Source: Candidatus Bathyarchaeia archaeon
Lineage (GTDB): Archaea; Thermoproteota; CALKCG01; B24
DNA: 64,000 bases
Direction: 5' to 3'
NCBI GenBank assembly: GCA_038870975.1
Contig: JAVZJD010000002.1
Location: 32,001-96,000, forward strand
This document shows positions 1 through 8,880 of the stretch, in pieces (the stretch's first letter is position 1; every line of letters starts with the position of its first letter). The translations under genes and the position numbers were made by a program. The notes below the pieces were generated by a model, which had not been told where the DNA came from, did not search any database, and saw only the letters and a program-made list of their open reading frames with translations.

Positions 1-4
1 AGCT

Positions 5-493
5 ATGGCTAAGGCTTTAGGCTGTACTAGGGCTGGGGTTATAGAGACTACTTTTAAGGATGAAACTGAGAGCGATTTGATAGGTGAACAGTGTGTACTA
101 GTTGGTGGTTTAATCGAGCTTATTATGAAGGGTTTTGAAGTACTGGTGGAGCTTGGGTATCCGCCTGAGCTTGCCTACTTTGAGGCGTGTAATGAGGCTA
201 AGCTCATAATGGACCTTATATACGAGCGGGGTATAACTGGTATGCTTCAGGCGGTTTCAGACACGGCTAAGCATGGAGGTTTAACTAGAGGACCGAGGGT
301 TTTAGACGAGAGGGTTAAAGAGAATATGCGTAGAGTGGCTGAAGAAGTTATAAGCGGTAAGTATGCTGAAGAGTGGGTTAAAGAGGATGCTGCTGGTAGG
401 CCGAATCTTAAGCGTCTCCTCATGGAGATTGAGCGGCATCCTCTTGAAGTCGTCGGTAGGAGTATACGTAGGATGGCTGGTATAGAAAAGTAG
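5..493 (+). CDS. ilvC: Ketol-acid reductoisomerase, C-terminal part (gene begins upstream of the window)
   Basis: IlvC C-terminal motifs [37 protein letters not shown]. Confidence 0.93.
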   Translation: MAKALGCTRAGVIETTFKDETESDLIGEQCVLVGGLIELIMKGFEVLVELGYPPELAYFEACNEAKLIMDLIYERGITGMLQAVSDTAKHGGLTRGPRVLDERVKENMRRVAEEVISGKYAEEWVKEDAAGRPNLKRLLMEIERHPLEVVGRSIRRMAGIEK

Positions 494-523
494 AAATCGT
501 CCGGTTTTATTTTTCATTTTTAA

Positions 524-1579
524 ATGTCTGAGAGGCTTGCTTTAAAGGTTGATAAGCGTAGATCCAACGATTTGATTAAGCTTCTCAAGGTTATGGGGCT
601 TTTAAATGGAGATTTTAAGGTAAAACGTGTAGAAGACTATGTACTGGTTCCGATTTTGAGGAAGCCTACTGTTGAAGAATTGGAGGTGCTCAGCCGTTTT
701 GAGCCTGTTTTACAGGTGGGTGTTTTCGAGCCTAGGTTTAAAACGTCTAGTGTTAGAGAGGCTTTAAAGGGTTTAATCCCAGATGGTTTACTCGACTCGG
801 TTCCATCTTCAATGGATTTGATAGGTGAGGTTGCTATTGTGCAGGTTCAAGATGAGTTGAAGCCTTTCTTAAAGGCTATTGGAGAGGCTATTCTCAAAGT
901 CTATCCACGTATTAAAACGGTTCTAGTGAAGAGTAGCCCTATATCTGGGGTTTTCAGAGTTGGAGGCTATGAGGTTGTTGTAGGCTCTGGTGTGACTGAG
1001 ACTTTCTACAGGGAGCATGGGTGTGTATACCTTGTAGACCCTGTTAAAGTGTACGTAAGTCCAAGGTTGAGCTTTGAGCGTTTAAGGGTTGCTTCGATGG
1101 TTAAGCCCGGTGAGAACGTGTTAGACATGTTTACAGGTGTTGGATGTTATGCTATTTTAATCGCTAAGAGGGTTTTAAACTGTAAAGTCTACGCTGTTGA
1201 TTTAAACCCTTACGCTATTAAATACCTTAAGTATAATATTGAGAGGAATAGGGTTCAGGGTAGAGTTGTACCGATTGAAGGAGATGCATCTAAAGTCGTG
1301 GAGTCTGGTTTAAACGGGATGTTTGATAGGGTTATAATAGATAACCCTTCGAACGCTAGGGAGTTTCTAAGAGCTGCTTGCGATGCGCTTAAACAGACTG
1401 GTGGAGTTGTACACTACTACGAGTTCCGCCCAGAGGGTGATTTAATGGATAGGGTTTTAGAGGACTTCTACGAGAACGTTGAGAGGTTTGGAAGGTCTGT
1501 AAAGTCCTCTAACGTTAGAGTAGTTCGGGAGGTTGCTCCTAGAATATACCATGTGGTTGTAGACGCCTCTATCCAGTAG
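524..1579 (+). CDS. Trm5/TYW2 (Met10+) family SAM-dependent tRNA methyltransferase
   Basis: SSMDLIGEVAI, EHGCVY..VSPRLSFER, SAM motif VLDMFTGVG, DLNPYA, GVVHYY. Confidence 0.85.
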   Translation: MSERLALKVDKRRSNDLIKLLKVMGLLNGDFKVKRVEDYVLVPILRKPTVEELEVLSRFEPVLQVGVFEPRFKTSSVREALKGLIPDGLLDSVPSSMDLIGEVAIVQVQDELKPFLKAIGEAILKVYPRIKTVLVKSSPISGVFRVGGYEVVVGSGVTETFYREHGCVYLVDPVKVYVSPRLSFERLRVASMVKPGENVLDMFTGVGCYAILIAKRVLNCKVYAVDLNPYAIKYLKYNIERNRVQGRVVPIEGDASKVVESGLNGMFDRVIIDNPSNAREFLRAACDALKQTGGVVHYYEFRPEGDLMDRVLEDFYENVERFGRSVKSSNVRVVREVAPRIYHVVVDASIQ

Positions 1580-1600
1580 ACCATCCAAGGCTTGGTTATT

Positions 1601-2008
1601 CTACTCTTTAAACGCTTCCAGTGTGATGTGTACAACGGTGTCTGGGCTTTTTAAAAGCCGTAGGATTTCCCTAGGTAGGTCTGAGGCTGATGAATCGGCT
1701 TTAACCATGACGGTTCTTGGGCATACGTACTGGCTCTTCCTGAAGACCATAGATTTTACGTCTGTTAGAGTCATTTCTCTAGAGCCGTATCCTCTAACAG
1801 TCCACGTGAACGGTCCAGCTTCGAGCTTTAAGGTTACGACTGTACTTCCGCTTTTTAGAAGCTGTTTGAATTCTGGGCTTAAATCGTAGGCTGCTTTCGA
1901 AGCTGAAACGGCGATTATACAGTCTCCTCTCGGCGTTACATAGGGGTCTCTGGTGATTTCAAAAGTAGTCTTATGTTTAGCTGTTATGTTTGGGTGTCCC
2001 CTAGCCAC
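1601..2008 (-). CDS. DUF371 family protein
   Basis: ARGHPNITAKHKTTFEIT..TPRGDCII signature; frame stays open upstream (AREYVV), so the true start may be slightly earlier. Confidence 0.85.
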   Translation of the reverse strand: MARGHPNITAKHKTTFEITRDPYVTPRGDCIIAVSASKAAYDLSPEFKQLLKSGSTVVTLKLEAGPFTWTVRGYGSREMTLTDVKSMVFRKSQYVCPRTVMVKADSSASDLPREILRLLKSPDTVVHITLEAFKE

Positions 2009-2033
2009 TACGTACTCCCTAGCGTTGGAGATT

Positions 2034-2758
2034 CTACCACCATCCCCTCCATCCCTTCTTACCCCTTAAAGGTACGAATGCTACACCACCCAAGTGTACT
2101 GTTTCAACAGTTTCATCGCTACGCTTGTACGCTTTAACCAATTCTTGGAATCCACCTGGCGGTCCAATGGGTGCGACTATGAGACCGCCTACTTTAACCT
2201 GTTCGATTAGAGTGTCTGGGATCTCTGGGGCTGCGGCTGTAACGAGGATGCGGTCGTATGGTGCTTTTTCAGGATAGCCTAGAGAGCCGTCTCCATGTAT
2301 GACTGTGACTCTATCTGAGTATCCGCTTTTACGTACGTTTTCCTCAGCCATTCTGTAAAGCTCGAAGATTATTTCAACCGTCCAGACGTGTCCCCACTTC
2401 TCCCTAGGTTCATCAGACGGTGCGACTACTTCAGCTATTGTACAAGCGTGGTATCCTGAGCCGGCTCCAACCTCTAGAACTTTTAAACCCACTTCGAGTT
2501 CAAGCGCTTCATTCATTATACAGACCATGTTTCACCCCTCTAGCCTTCTGGCTAGAAGTGTGGTGCGGATATGGTTTGACCGTAGCCTATCGGTAGTGGT
2601 GTGTCGACGTAGGCGTATGGCTTTAAATATTCCGGTAGAAAGTTCTCCCTTGGGACTCTTCTAAACGCCTCTATGACTTTCTCCGTCTTGAGGATGCCTT
2701 CTCTAACGTAGATGTCTATCAACTTCTCCTTCTCTCTTTTAAAATCCTCAGAGGACAT
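2034..2758 (-). CDS. pcm: Protein-L-isoaspartate O-methyltransferase, two exons (2758-2560 and 2530-2034; 231 aa after splicing)
   Basis: Upstream ORF has [26 protein letters not shown]; downstream ORF has [45 protein letters not shown]. Removing 2531-2559 joins them in frame as SAPH-MV. Confidence 0.93.
2531..2559 (-). other. 29-nt bulge-helix-bulge (BHB) intron in pcm mRNA
   Basis: RNA: CACC-AC^A-CUUCUAGCC-AGAA-GGCUAGAGG-GGUG-AA^A; 4-bp central helix CACC/GGUG, two 3-nt bulges, 9-bp intron stem. Confidence 0.85.
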
Positions 2759-2790
2759 GTTTCCACTATTTAAATGGTTTACGTTTACTG

Positions 2791-4155
2791 TTAAACGTTT
2801 CCCATGCCTAACATCTTGTACTCTTGCACCAGCTTCCTAGCCTTCTCCAGCCACGTTGGGAATTCCTCCGGGTTCTCTGGGAAATTCTGGTAGTGTGTTT
2901 TAACTGTTTTCATGAGTTCAGATGTTTTTCTAAGCCTTATGACGAAGTTGAGCTTTCCTACTGAGCGTAGAAACCTAAGGGCTTTATCTGTGATTGTGAG
3001 TTTAACTTCACCGTATAGGCTGGCTTTTAAAACGTCTTCTTCAGCTATCAGCCTCCGGCTCATACCGTAGTTCAACTCTTCATCCGAAGCATTCTGGAGG
3101 AATACTCTGAAGACGTCTAGAGATGCCTGTTTAGAGCCGTATCCCCTCATGTATGCTACGTTGTAGCTCCAAAGACCCCTGTAGCTTACATCTCCCTTCT
3201 CTAAAGCCTTCGCGGCGGTTTCACCTGCGAGTTTTCCAGCTGTCATAGATGGTCCTATTCCACCTCCGTGGATCGGGTTTACTTGGCAGGCTGCATCACC
3301 TACCACTATTAAGCCGTTTGAAACCATGTTGTCTAGAGGTCTTCTCGTTGGGACGAAGGCTCCTCTTCCGTCTAAAACCTCAGCCTTTTTAAGCCATGGA
3401 AGCTTATCCTCTATGAACCTTGTGAAGTAGCTTTTAATCTCCATTTTGGCTTTTGAAGCTTGAACACCCAGCCCTATGTTGACCTTGTTTAAACCCTTCG
3501 GGAATAGCCAGAAGTATCCCCCTGGAGCGTACTCTTGGCTTAGGTATATGTAGCCGAACGTTCTATCTTCAATTTCGCCTTCTAAGGTTCTAACCTCTCT
3601 GTAGGCTATTTCAAGCTCTTCTCTTTCCACTGTTTTTTCAAAGCCAGGCGTATCTGGGGCTTTACTCCTGAGGACTGCGGATACACCTGAGGCGTCTATG
3701 AAAACCCTCCCCCTTAAAACTCCGCTTGAATTACGGCCTCTGACTTTAACGGCGACTATGTAGTTGTTTTCAACTACAGGTTCTAAAACGGTGGTTCTAT
3801 CCATAAGCTCTACGCCTGCGTTTAAAGCCTCTTTGAGAAGCCTCCCTCCGAATTCGCGTCTATCGACCATGAAGGCTTTAGCCCCTAGACCGTATATTCG
3901 GAATGAGGTTTCAAAGTCTGGTGAAACTACTTTAACGCCTTCAAGCTCCCAGCAGAGTTCGGAGCCTGTGGGGTATTTTAAGCCTATGTTGTCGAAGTGG
4001 TGTTTACCGACTGCGTCTCCACAGGCTTTAAGTCCTACGTTTTCAGATGGCTTAGACTCTAAGAGGCATACTCTTAAGCCTTTCTCAGCGGCTGTCTTTG
4101 CGGCTAGACATCCTCCTGTTCCAGCACCTACGACTACAACATCGTAGAGCTCCAT
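2791..4155 (-). CDS. Geranylgeranyl reductase family FAD-dependent oxidoreductase (digeranylgeranylglycerophospholipid reductase-like)
   Basis: [14 protein letters not shown] motif, [34 protein letters not shown]. Confidence 0.9.
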   Translation of the reverse strand: MELYDVVVVGAGTGGCLAAKTAAEKGLRVCLLESKPSENVGLKACGDAVGKHHFDNIGLKYPTGSELCWELEGVKVVSPDFETSFRIYGLGAKAFMVDRREFGGRLLKEALNAGVELMDRTTVLEPVVENNYIVAVKVRGRNSSGVLRGRVFIDASGVSAVLRSKAPDTPGFEKTVEREELEIAYREVRTLEGEIEDRTFGYIYLSQEYAPGGYFWLFPKGLNKVNIGLGVQASKAKMEIKSYFTRFIEDKLPWLKKAEVLDGRGAFVPTRRPLDNMVSNGLIVVGDAACQVNPIHGGGIGPSMTAGKLAGETAAKALEKGDVSYRGLWSYNVAYMRGYGSKQASLDVFRVFLQNASDEELNYGMSRRLIAEEDVLKASLYGEVKLTITDKALRFLRSVGKLNFVIRLRKTSELMKTVKTHYQNFPENPEEFPTWLEKARKLVQEYKMLGMGNV

Positions 4156-4171
4156 GTCTCTATATTATGCC

Positions 4172-4660
4172 TCATCTGGGAGATTTATGTTTTCTCAGTA
4201 GTCTACCGTCTTCGTCTATTTCACCTAGTTTCACTCTTGTGGAGGATATGGGTTTTCCATCTTCGGCTAAAACCATTGGAATCTTCACTATTTCAATGGT
4301 TTTCAAGCCCCGTGCTTCTCTAAGCCTGTTTATTTCCAAGGCTCTACTGTAGGTTTCATCGCTGACTACTATGGCTTCTACAGCCGGGTTGTATGCTGCT
4401 GGACCGTAGGGGTCTTCTATGGCTGTTATAATAGCTCTATCTTCCACTCGCATGTCTTCCAACAGCTTCTTAAGGCTTTCCAGTCTTTCAACGTAGGGTT
4501 TGACTTCATGGGCTTTCCCCATGCTTCTGGCAAATTTGTCTGTCGTAAGCCCTATGAGGACGTTATCTCCGAGGTTGAAAGCCGTAATTAGAAGCTCTCT
4601 ATGCCCCTTATGGATGGTGTCGAATGTACCTCCTAATGCGACGAGTCTGAATCTGCGCAT
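4172..4660 (-). CDS. coaD: Archaeal phosphopantetheine adenylyltransferase
   Basis: GGTFDTIHKGH (HxGH), IEDPYGPA, IVVSDET, EDGKPISSTRV. Confidence 0.9.
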   Translation of the reverse strand: MRRFRLVALGGTFDTIHKGHRELLITAFNLGDNVLIGLTTDKFARSMGKAHEVKPYVERLESLKKLLEDMRVEDRAIITAIEDPYGPAAYNPAVEAIVVSDETYSRALEINRLREARGLKTIEIVKIPMVLAEDGKPISSTRVKLGEIDEDGRLLRKHKSPR

Positions 4661-4693
4661 AGCTTCATGTAGTGTTTAAGAGAGTTTAAATAG

Positions 4694-5905
4694 TTAAGTA
4701 GTACTATTCGATGTAGTGGATTTTTCCAACCCTCTATGAGCCTGCATCAGTATTGCTAGTGCTACTGCTTGAGTTGAAACGGCGAATATCAGCGTTAAGA
4801 CTGGTTGTACGTTGAAGTCTATCATTAAGCCGTAGATGGCTCCGCTTGCTAGGAAGCCTACGCCGTAGGCTGCGTTGAAGATTCCATATGCCAATCCTCT
4901 TGAAGAGGTTTCTGTAAACGCTGAGACTGCTGCTCTGTATGTGGATTCTTGTACGCCTAAGACTACTCCGAAGAATATCGATGCGATTATTAGGGTTGTT
5001 AAGCCTGAGTTTAGCATCGTGAATACTGGTGGGAGTATTGAGAGTATGAAGGGTAGGGCTAGGATTTTAATGCCCAGTCTATCGTATAGGTATCCTGAGG
5101 TTAGGGCTGCTGGAGCGTCAATCCCCTGGATTAGAAGGTATATTAGTGGAACTATCCACTGCTGTTGCTCCGGCTGTAGTATGGCTGAGGCTTTGTACAG
5201 TATTAGCGATGCGGGGATTAAACCTACGGTGTTTAAAGTAACTGCTAGTGTGTAAACGTAGAATGGTTTTCTAAGGGCTTTATCGGCTTTTTTAACGTCT
5301 ACTGTAGGCTCCAGTACTGTTTTAGAGCCTATTCTCAAGTATGTGTATGTTAATGCTGCTATGAGTATTGTGAACGGTATTGTCAGTATGCTGAAGCTCA
5401 ACCTGTAGTTGTTTCCACTGTAGAGCATTAGCGTTGCCACTAGTAGTGGTCCTGCAACTGCTCCTACTTGGTCTAGGAATTCATGTATTCCGAATGCTTT
5501 ACCTGCCCCCATTCCTCTACTCACTATGGATATGATCGTGTCTCTAGAGGGTGATCTACAGGCTTTCCCAAGTCTTTCAAGCAGTACTAGGATTGCCGCT
5601 ATTTCCCATCCGTTTGCGAGGCCTAGAAGCGGTATGGAGGCTATAAGCCCATAGCCTATGAACATGAAGACCCAGTATGCTCTAGTGGTGTCCGCTAGGA
5701 AGCCGCTGATGAGTCTTGTAGCGTATCCTAGGAATTCTCCGAGTCCGCTGACGAGTCCTACGACGAATGCTGTAGCGCCTAGAAACTTCAGGAAGTCGGG
5801 TATTAGTCCTCTTGAGCCTTCGTATACTATGTCGCCCATTAGGCTTACTACTCCAAGGAGTAGGATGCTTACGTAGACGCTTCTCAATTCTATGGTGTGT
5901 TTCAC
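4694..5905 (-). CDS. MFS transporter
   Basis: About 12 hydrophobic segments, SGFLADTT motif A, LERLGKACRSPSRD; GTG 5905 preferred over TTG 5944 because a TATA-like CTTAAA lies between them. Confidence 0.85.
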   Translation of the reverse strand: MKHTIELRSVYVSILLLGVVSLMGDIVYEGSRGLIPDFLKFLGATAFVVGLVSGLGEFLGYATRLISGFLADTTRAYWVFMFIGYGLIASIPLLGLANGWEIAAILVLLERLGKACRSPSRDTIISIVSRGMGAGKAFGIHEFLDQVGAVAGPLLVATLMLYSGNNYRLSFSILTIPFTILIAALTYTYLRIGSKTVLEPTVDVKKADKALRKPFYVYTLAVTLNTVGLIPASLILYKASAILQPEQQQWIVPLIYLLIQGIDAPAALTSGYLYDRLGIKILALPFILSILPPVFTMLNSGLTTLIIASIFFGVVLGVQESTYRAAVSAFTETSSRGLAYGIFNAAYGVGFLASGAIYGLMIDFNVQPVLTLIFAVSTQAVALAILMQAHRGLEKSTTSNSTT

Positions 5906-6276
5906 GTTAGACCGCCAGTTTAAGCTAAGTATCGCATACTCCAACCATTAAAGTTTACTATTAAAGTTTAAACCTATTCTACGATATTTAGGGTTTGCCC
6001 TCTACTCTAATCGGTGGAAATACCTAGTCGACATCGCCTCCTTTATAACTTTAGGGTAAATATATAGGTGTAATTCAAATAGAAGGTGATAGTTCTTGTC
6101 CAAGAAAATAATACAACGCATGAGAACTTTCTCTTCCATATTCAGGAGATCAACACCAGAAGTAGTGAAAAAACAAGTTAAACTACCCTACACATTCAGA
6201 CCGATACTACCAGAGTATAAAATATATCGAAACATACTGGATTAAAGAACCCCTCTCAAAAATAACCATAGCCTCA

Positions 6277-7779
6277 ATGCCCGAGCTCGGCGGAGCATAC
6301 GGATACTTCATATCCGAAGTAGAACTTCTAGAAGAAGAGAGAAAAGTCACCGATAAACTCATAGACATGCTTTCATCAGAGCTAAAACCGCCAACGGTTG
6401 AAGAAGTAGACCTTAGAAAGCACGTACTAGCCGAAGCCGAAAGAATCATAGGCAAATACCGTTCAATGCTATCAGTAGCTAAAGAAAGCAAAGAAAAAGT
6501 ACTCTACTACGTCGAAAGAGACCTATTAGGCTTCGGACCGATACACGCAATGGTTTTAGACCCTAGGATTGAAGACATATCATGCGAAGGCGTAGGAGGA
6601 CCCGTATACGTATGGCATAGAGACTACGAAGGACTCCCCTCAAACCTAGTATTCTTAGACGCTAAATTCCTAGACGACCTAATAGTTAAACTCGCACACA
6701 TAGGCGGTAAACACGTTTCAACGGCATTCCCAATAGTCGACACCATGATATACGGTAAACACAGATTCGTAGCAACCTTCAAACGAGAAGTCACACCTAA
6801 AGGCTCTACATTCACGATAAGAAAATTCAGAGAAAAACCCCTATCGATAACCGAACTCGTAAAATCCCACACCGTAACCGCAAGAATAGCCGCATACTTC
6901 TGGCTCCTCCTCGAAAACAGAATGTCGATAATCATCATAGGGGGAACAGGAGCAGACAAAACAACACTTCTAAACGGACTAGCAAGCCTAATAAACCCAG
7001 CGATGAAAATATGCACAGTAGAAGAAATAGCAGAGTTAAACCTATCACATGAAAACTGGGTTCAATTCGTAAGCCGTGAAAGCTACGGCATCGGAGGCGC
7101 TGCTTCAAGCGCCATACCGCTATTCAGCCTTGTAAAGACAACACTCAGATACAGACCAGACTACATAGTCGTCGGTGAAGTAAGAGGAGAGGAAGCCTTC
7201 GTACTATTCCAAGCCTTAGCAACAGGACACGGCGGAATGTGCACACTACACGCTGAAGACGTAGACTATGCGATTAAAAAGCTTACAAGCCCACCTATGA
7301 ACGTAGCCGAAGTATACATACCTCTTATGAACGTAGTCGTAGAAGTCGAAAGAGTACATCTACCAAAGCCTGTAAGCGGAGCTACATTCGGAAGAAGAGT
7401 TAGAGAAGTATCCGAAATCATAAGCCACAAGGAGTTTCTAAAAGTCTTCTCATGGAACCCAATAACAGACGAATTCTCATCGAGGCTTGAGGAAAGCATA
7501 CTACTGAGGAAAATAGCCCTTAAAACAGGTAAAGACTTCCAAGACCTACTCGACGAAATAGACAAGAGAGAAGTAATAATCAGATGGATGGTTGAAAAGG
7601 GAATATTCCAAAACGAAGACGTAGCCAAAGTAATATCGCAATACTACATATCGCCAGATGCAATCTACAACGTAGCATCCATGGAGCTAGCAGTACCGAT
7701 AAAAATCAAACTACCTGCACTCGTGCAAATGGGTGAAAACCCATCAACGGAGAAGGAGGAAAGTCAAACCCCATCATAA
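6277..7779 (+). CDS. Type II/IV secretion (FlaI/VirB11-like) ATPase, probably degenerate
   Basis: DPRIEDISCEG, STFTIRKF, LRYRPDYIVVGEVRG, TGHGGMCTLHA; Walker A reads GGTGADKT; N-terminus from ATG 6120 appears frameshifted. Confidence 0.8.
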   Translation: MPELGGAYGYFISEVELLEEERKVTDKLIDMLSSELKPPTVEEVDLRKHVLAEAERIIGKYRSMLSVAKESKEKVLYYVERDLLGFGPIHAMVLDPRIEDISCEGVGGPVYVWHRDYEGLPSNLVFLDAKFLDDLIVKLAHIGGKHVSTAFPIVDTMIYGKHRFVATFKREVTPKGSTFTIRKFREKPLSITELVKSHTVTARIAAYFWLLLENRMSIIIIGGTGADKTTLLNGLASLINPAMKICTVEEIAELNLSHENWVQFVSRESYGIGGAASSAIPLFSLVKTTLRYRPDYIVVGEVRGEEAFVLFQALATGHGGMCTLHAEDVDYAIKKLTSPPMNVAEVYIPLMNVVVEVERVHLPKPVSGATFGRRVREVSEIISHKEFLKVFSWNPITDEFSSRLEESILLRKIALKTGKDFQDLLDEIDKREVIIRWMVEKGIFQNEDVAKVISQYYISPDAIYNVASMELAVPIKIKLPALVQMGENPSTEKEESQTPS

Positions 7780-7839
7780 CCCCCTCTTTTAAGAAAAACT
7801 TATCTCAAACAGTTAAACCCATTATATCATGATTGGAAA

Positions 7840-8757
7840 TTGTCAAGTACTAAACTGAAGGAAGAATTCCTAAAACTCCTAGAAACAGATAGAGAATTCA
7901 GATACCTCGTCATAAGCCATCTAGGACTAATAGAGCTAATAGAAGGGCAGAGGAAAATACTCGAAGAACTTAAAATCCTACACGAAAACCAGGAGAAACT
8001 ATGGGAGAATGCAAACAAGCTATGGGAAGAAGTTAAAAGCCTCAGAGAGGGGCAAGAGAAACTATGGATGGAGGTTAGACTTCTCAGAGAAGAACAGGAG
8101 AAGCTTTGGCAGGAGGTTAAGAACCTCAGAGAGGGACAGAACAAGCTTTGGGAAGAGGTTAAAAGTTTAAGGAAGGGCCAGGAAAAACTGTGGGAGAATC
8201 AGAACAAGCTATGGGAGGAAGTTAAAAGCCTTAGAGAGGGACAAGCGAAGTTGTGGGAGAATGCAAACAGACTATGGGAGGAAGTAAAACACCTCAGAGA
8301 AGGGCAGAACCGGCTATGGGAAAACCAGAACAGGCTCTGGAAAAGCCAGGAAAGAATGAGAGATGAGTTTAGATCTTGGACTATACAAGGATTCGGTGAA
8401 CTAGCAAAGTTTGCAGGGGTATCATTTAAAGAATTCGTTAGAAGCTTCCTAACTAAACACCTCAGAGAAATGGGCTTAATACCAGCAGATGGAGAATTGA
8501 AGAAAATAGTCATAGATGGGGAAGAGATAAACATCTTCTTTGAAAACCCACTTATAATTGGAGAAGTAACATCTAGCGTTGAAAGTATTGAAGAATTGGA
8601 AAAACTATTGAAGAGGGCGGAGCTTGCAAGGGAAAAGTACGGAAGAGAACCTATGAAATACCTAATCGCATTAACAGCCTCAGCCTCAATAGCCGATGAA
8701 ATTAAAGTGCGAGCTAAAATAAACAACGTAGAGCTAATCCTCGGAAAAATAAGTTGA
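7840..8757 (+). CDS. Heptad-repeat coiled-coil protein with C-terminal PD-(D/E)XK-like domain (DUF3782-like architecture)
   Basis: N-terminal LKEEFLKLLETDREFRY, 17 heptads, C-terminal EINI..IIGEVT. Confidence 0.75.
   Translation: MSSTKLKEEFLKLLETDREFRYLVISHLGLIELIEGQRKILEELKILHENQEKLWENANKLWEEVKSLREGQEKLWMEVRLLREEQEKLWQEVKNLREGQNKLWEEVKSLRKGQEKLWENQNKLWEEVKSLREGQAKLWENANRLWEEVKHLREGQNRLWENQNRLWKSQERMRDEFRSWTIQGFGELAKFAGVSFKEFVRSFLTKHLREMGLIPADGELKKIVIDGEEINIFFENPLIIGEVTSSVESIEELEKLLKRAELAREKYGREPMKYLIALTASASIADEIKVRAKINNVELILGKIS
7990..8346 (+). repeat. Coding tandem repeat: 17 units of 21 bp (11 xxxLWxx heptads such as QEKLWEE and 6 VKxLREG-type heptads)
   Basis: Directly visible in DNA and protein. 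Confidence 0.9.
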
Positions 8758-8880
8758 AATACAACACCTTGAAATAGAACAATAAAACATTCAACGTTTT
8801 AACCCATTTCTCACAGCGTATAGAGAGAAGAGTTAAATACTGCTACATTGTAAAGCGGACTTTAAAGGTGTCTTTCCCCC

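Noticed and set aside
2034-2758. pcm as a simple frameshifted pseudogene
   Set aside because: The insert forms an exact BHB whose canonical cuts restore the frame and motif; both halves lack other lesions
6040-6070. Archaeal dif site at the skew switch
   Set aside because: No convincing 11-6-11 inverted repeat; the AT-rich words are explained by TATA boxes
6120-6280. A second BHB intron explaining the broken ATPase 5' end
   Set aside because: No stem with paired 3-nt bulges found; small indels explain it better
7990-8346. Possible CRISPR-like array
   Set aside because: Repeats are contiguous, codon-degenerate and in frame, with no unique spacers; no cas genes seen
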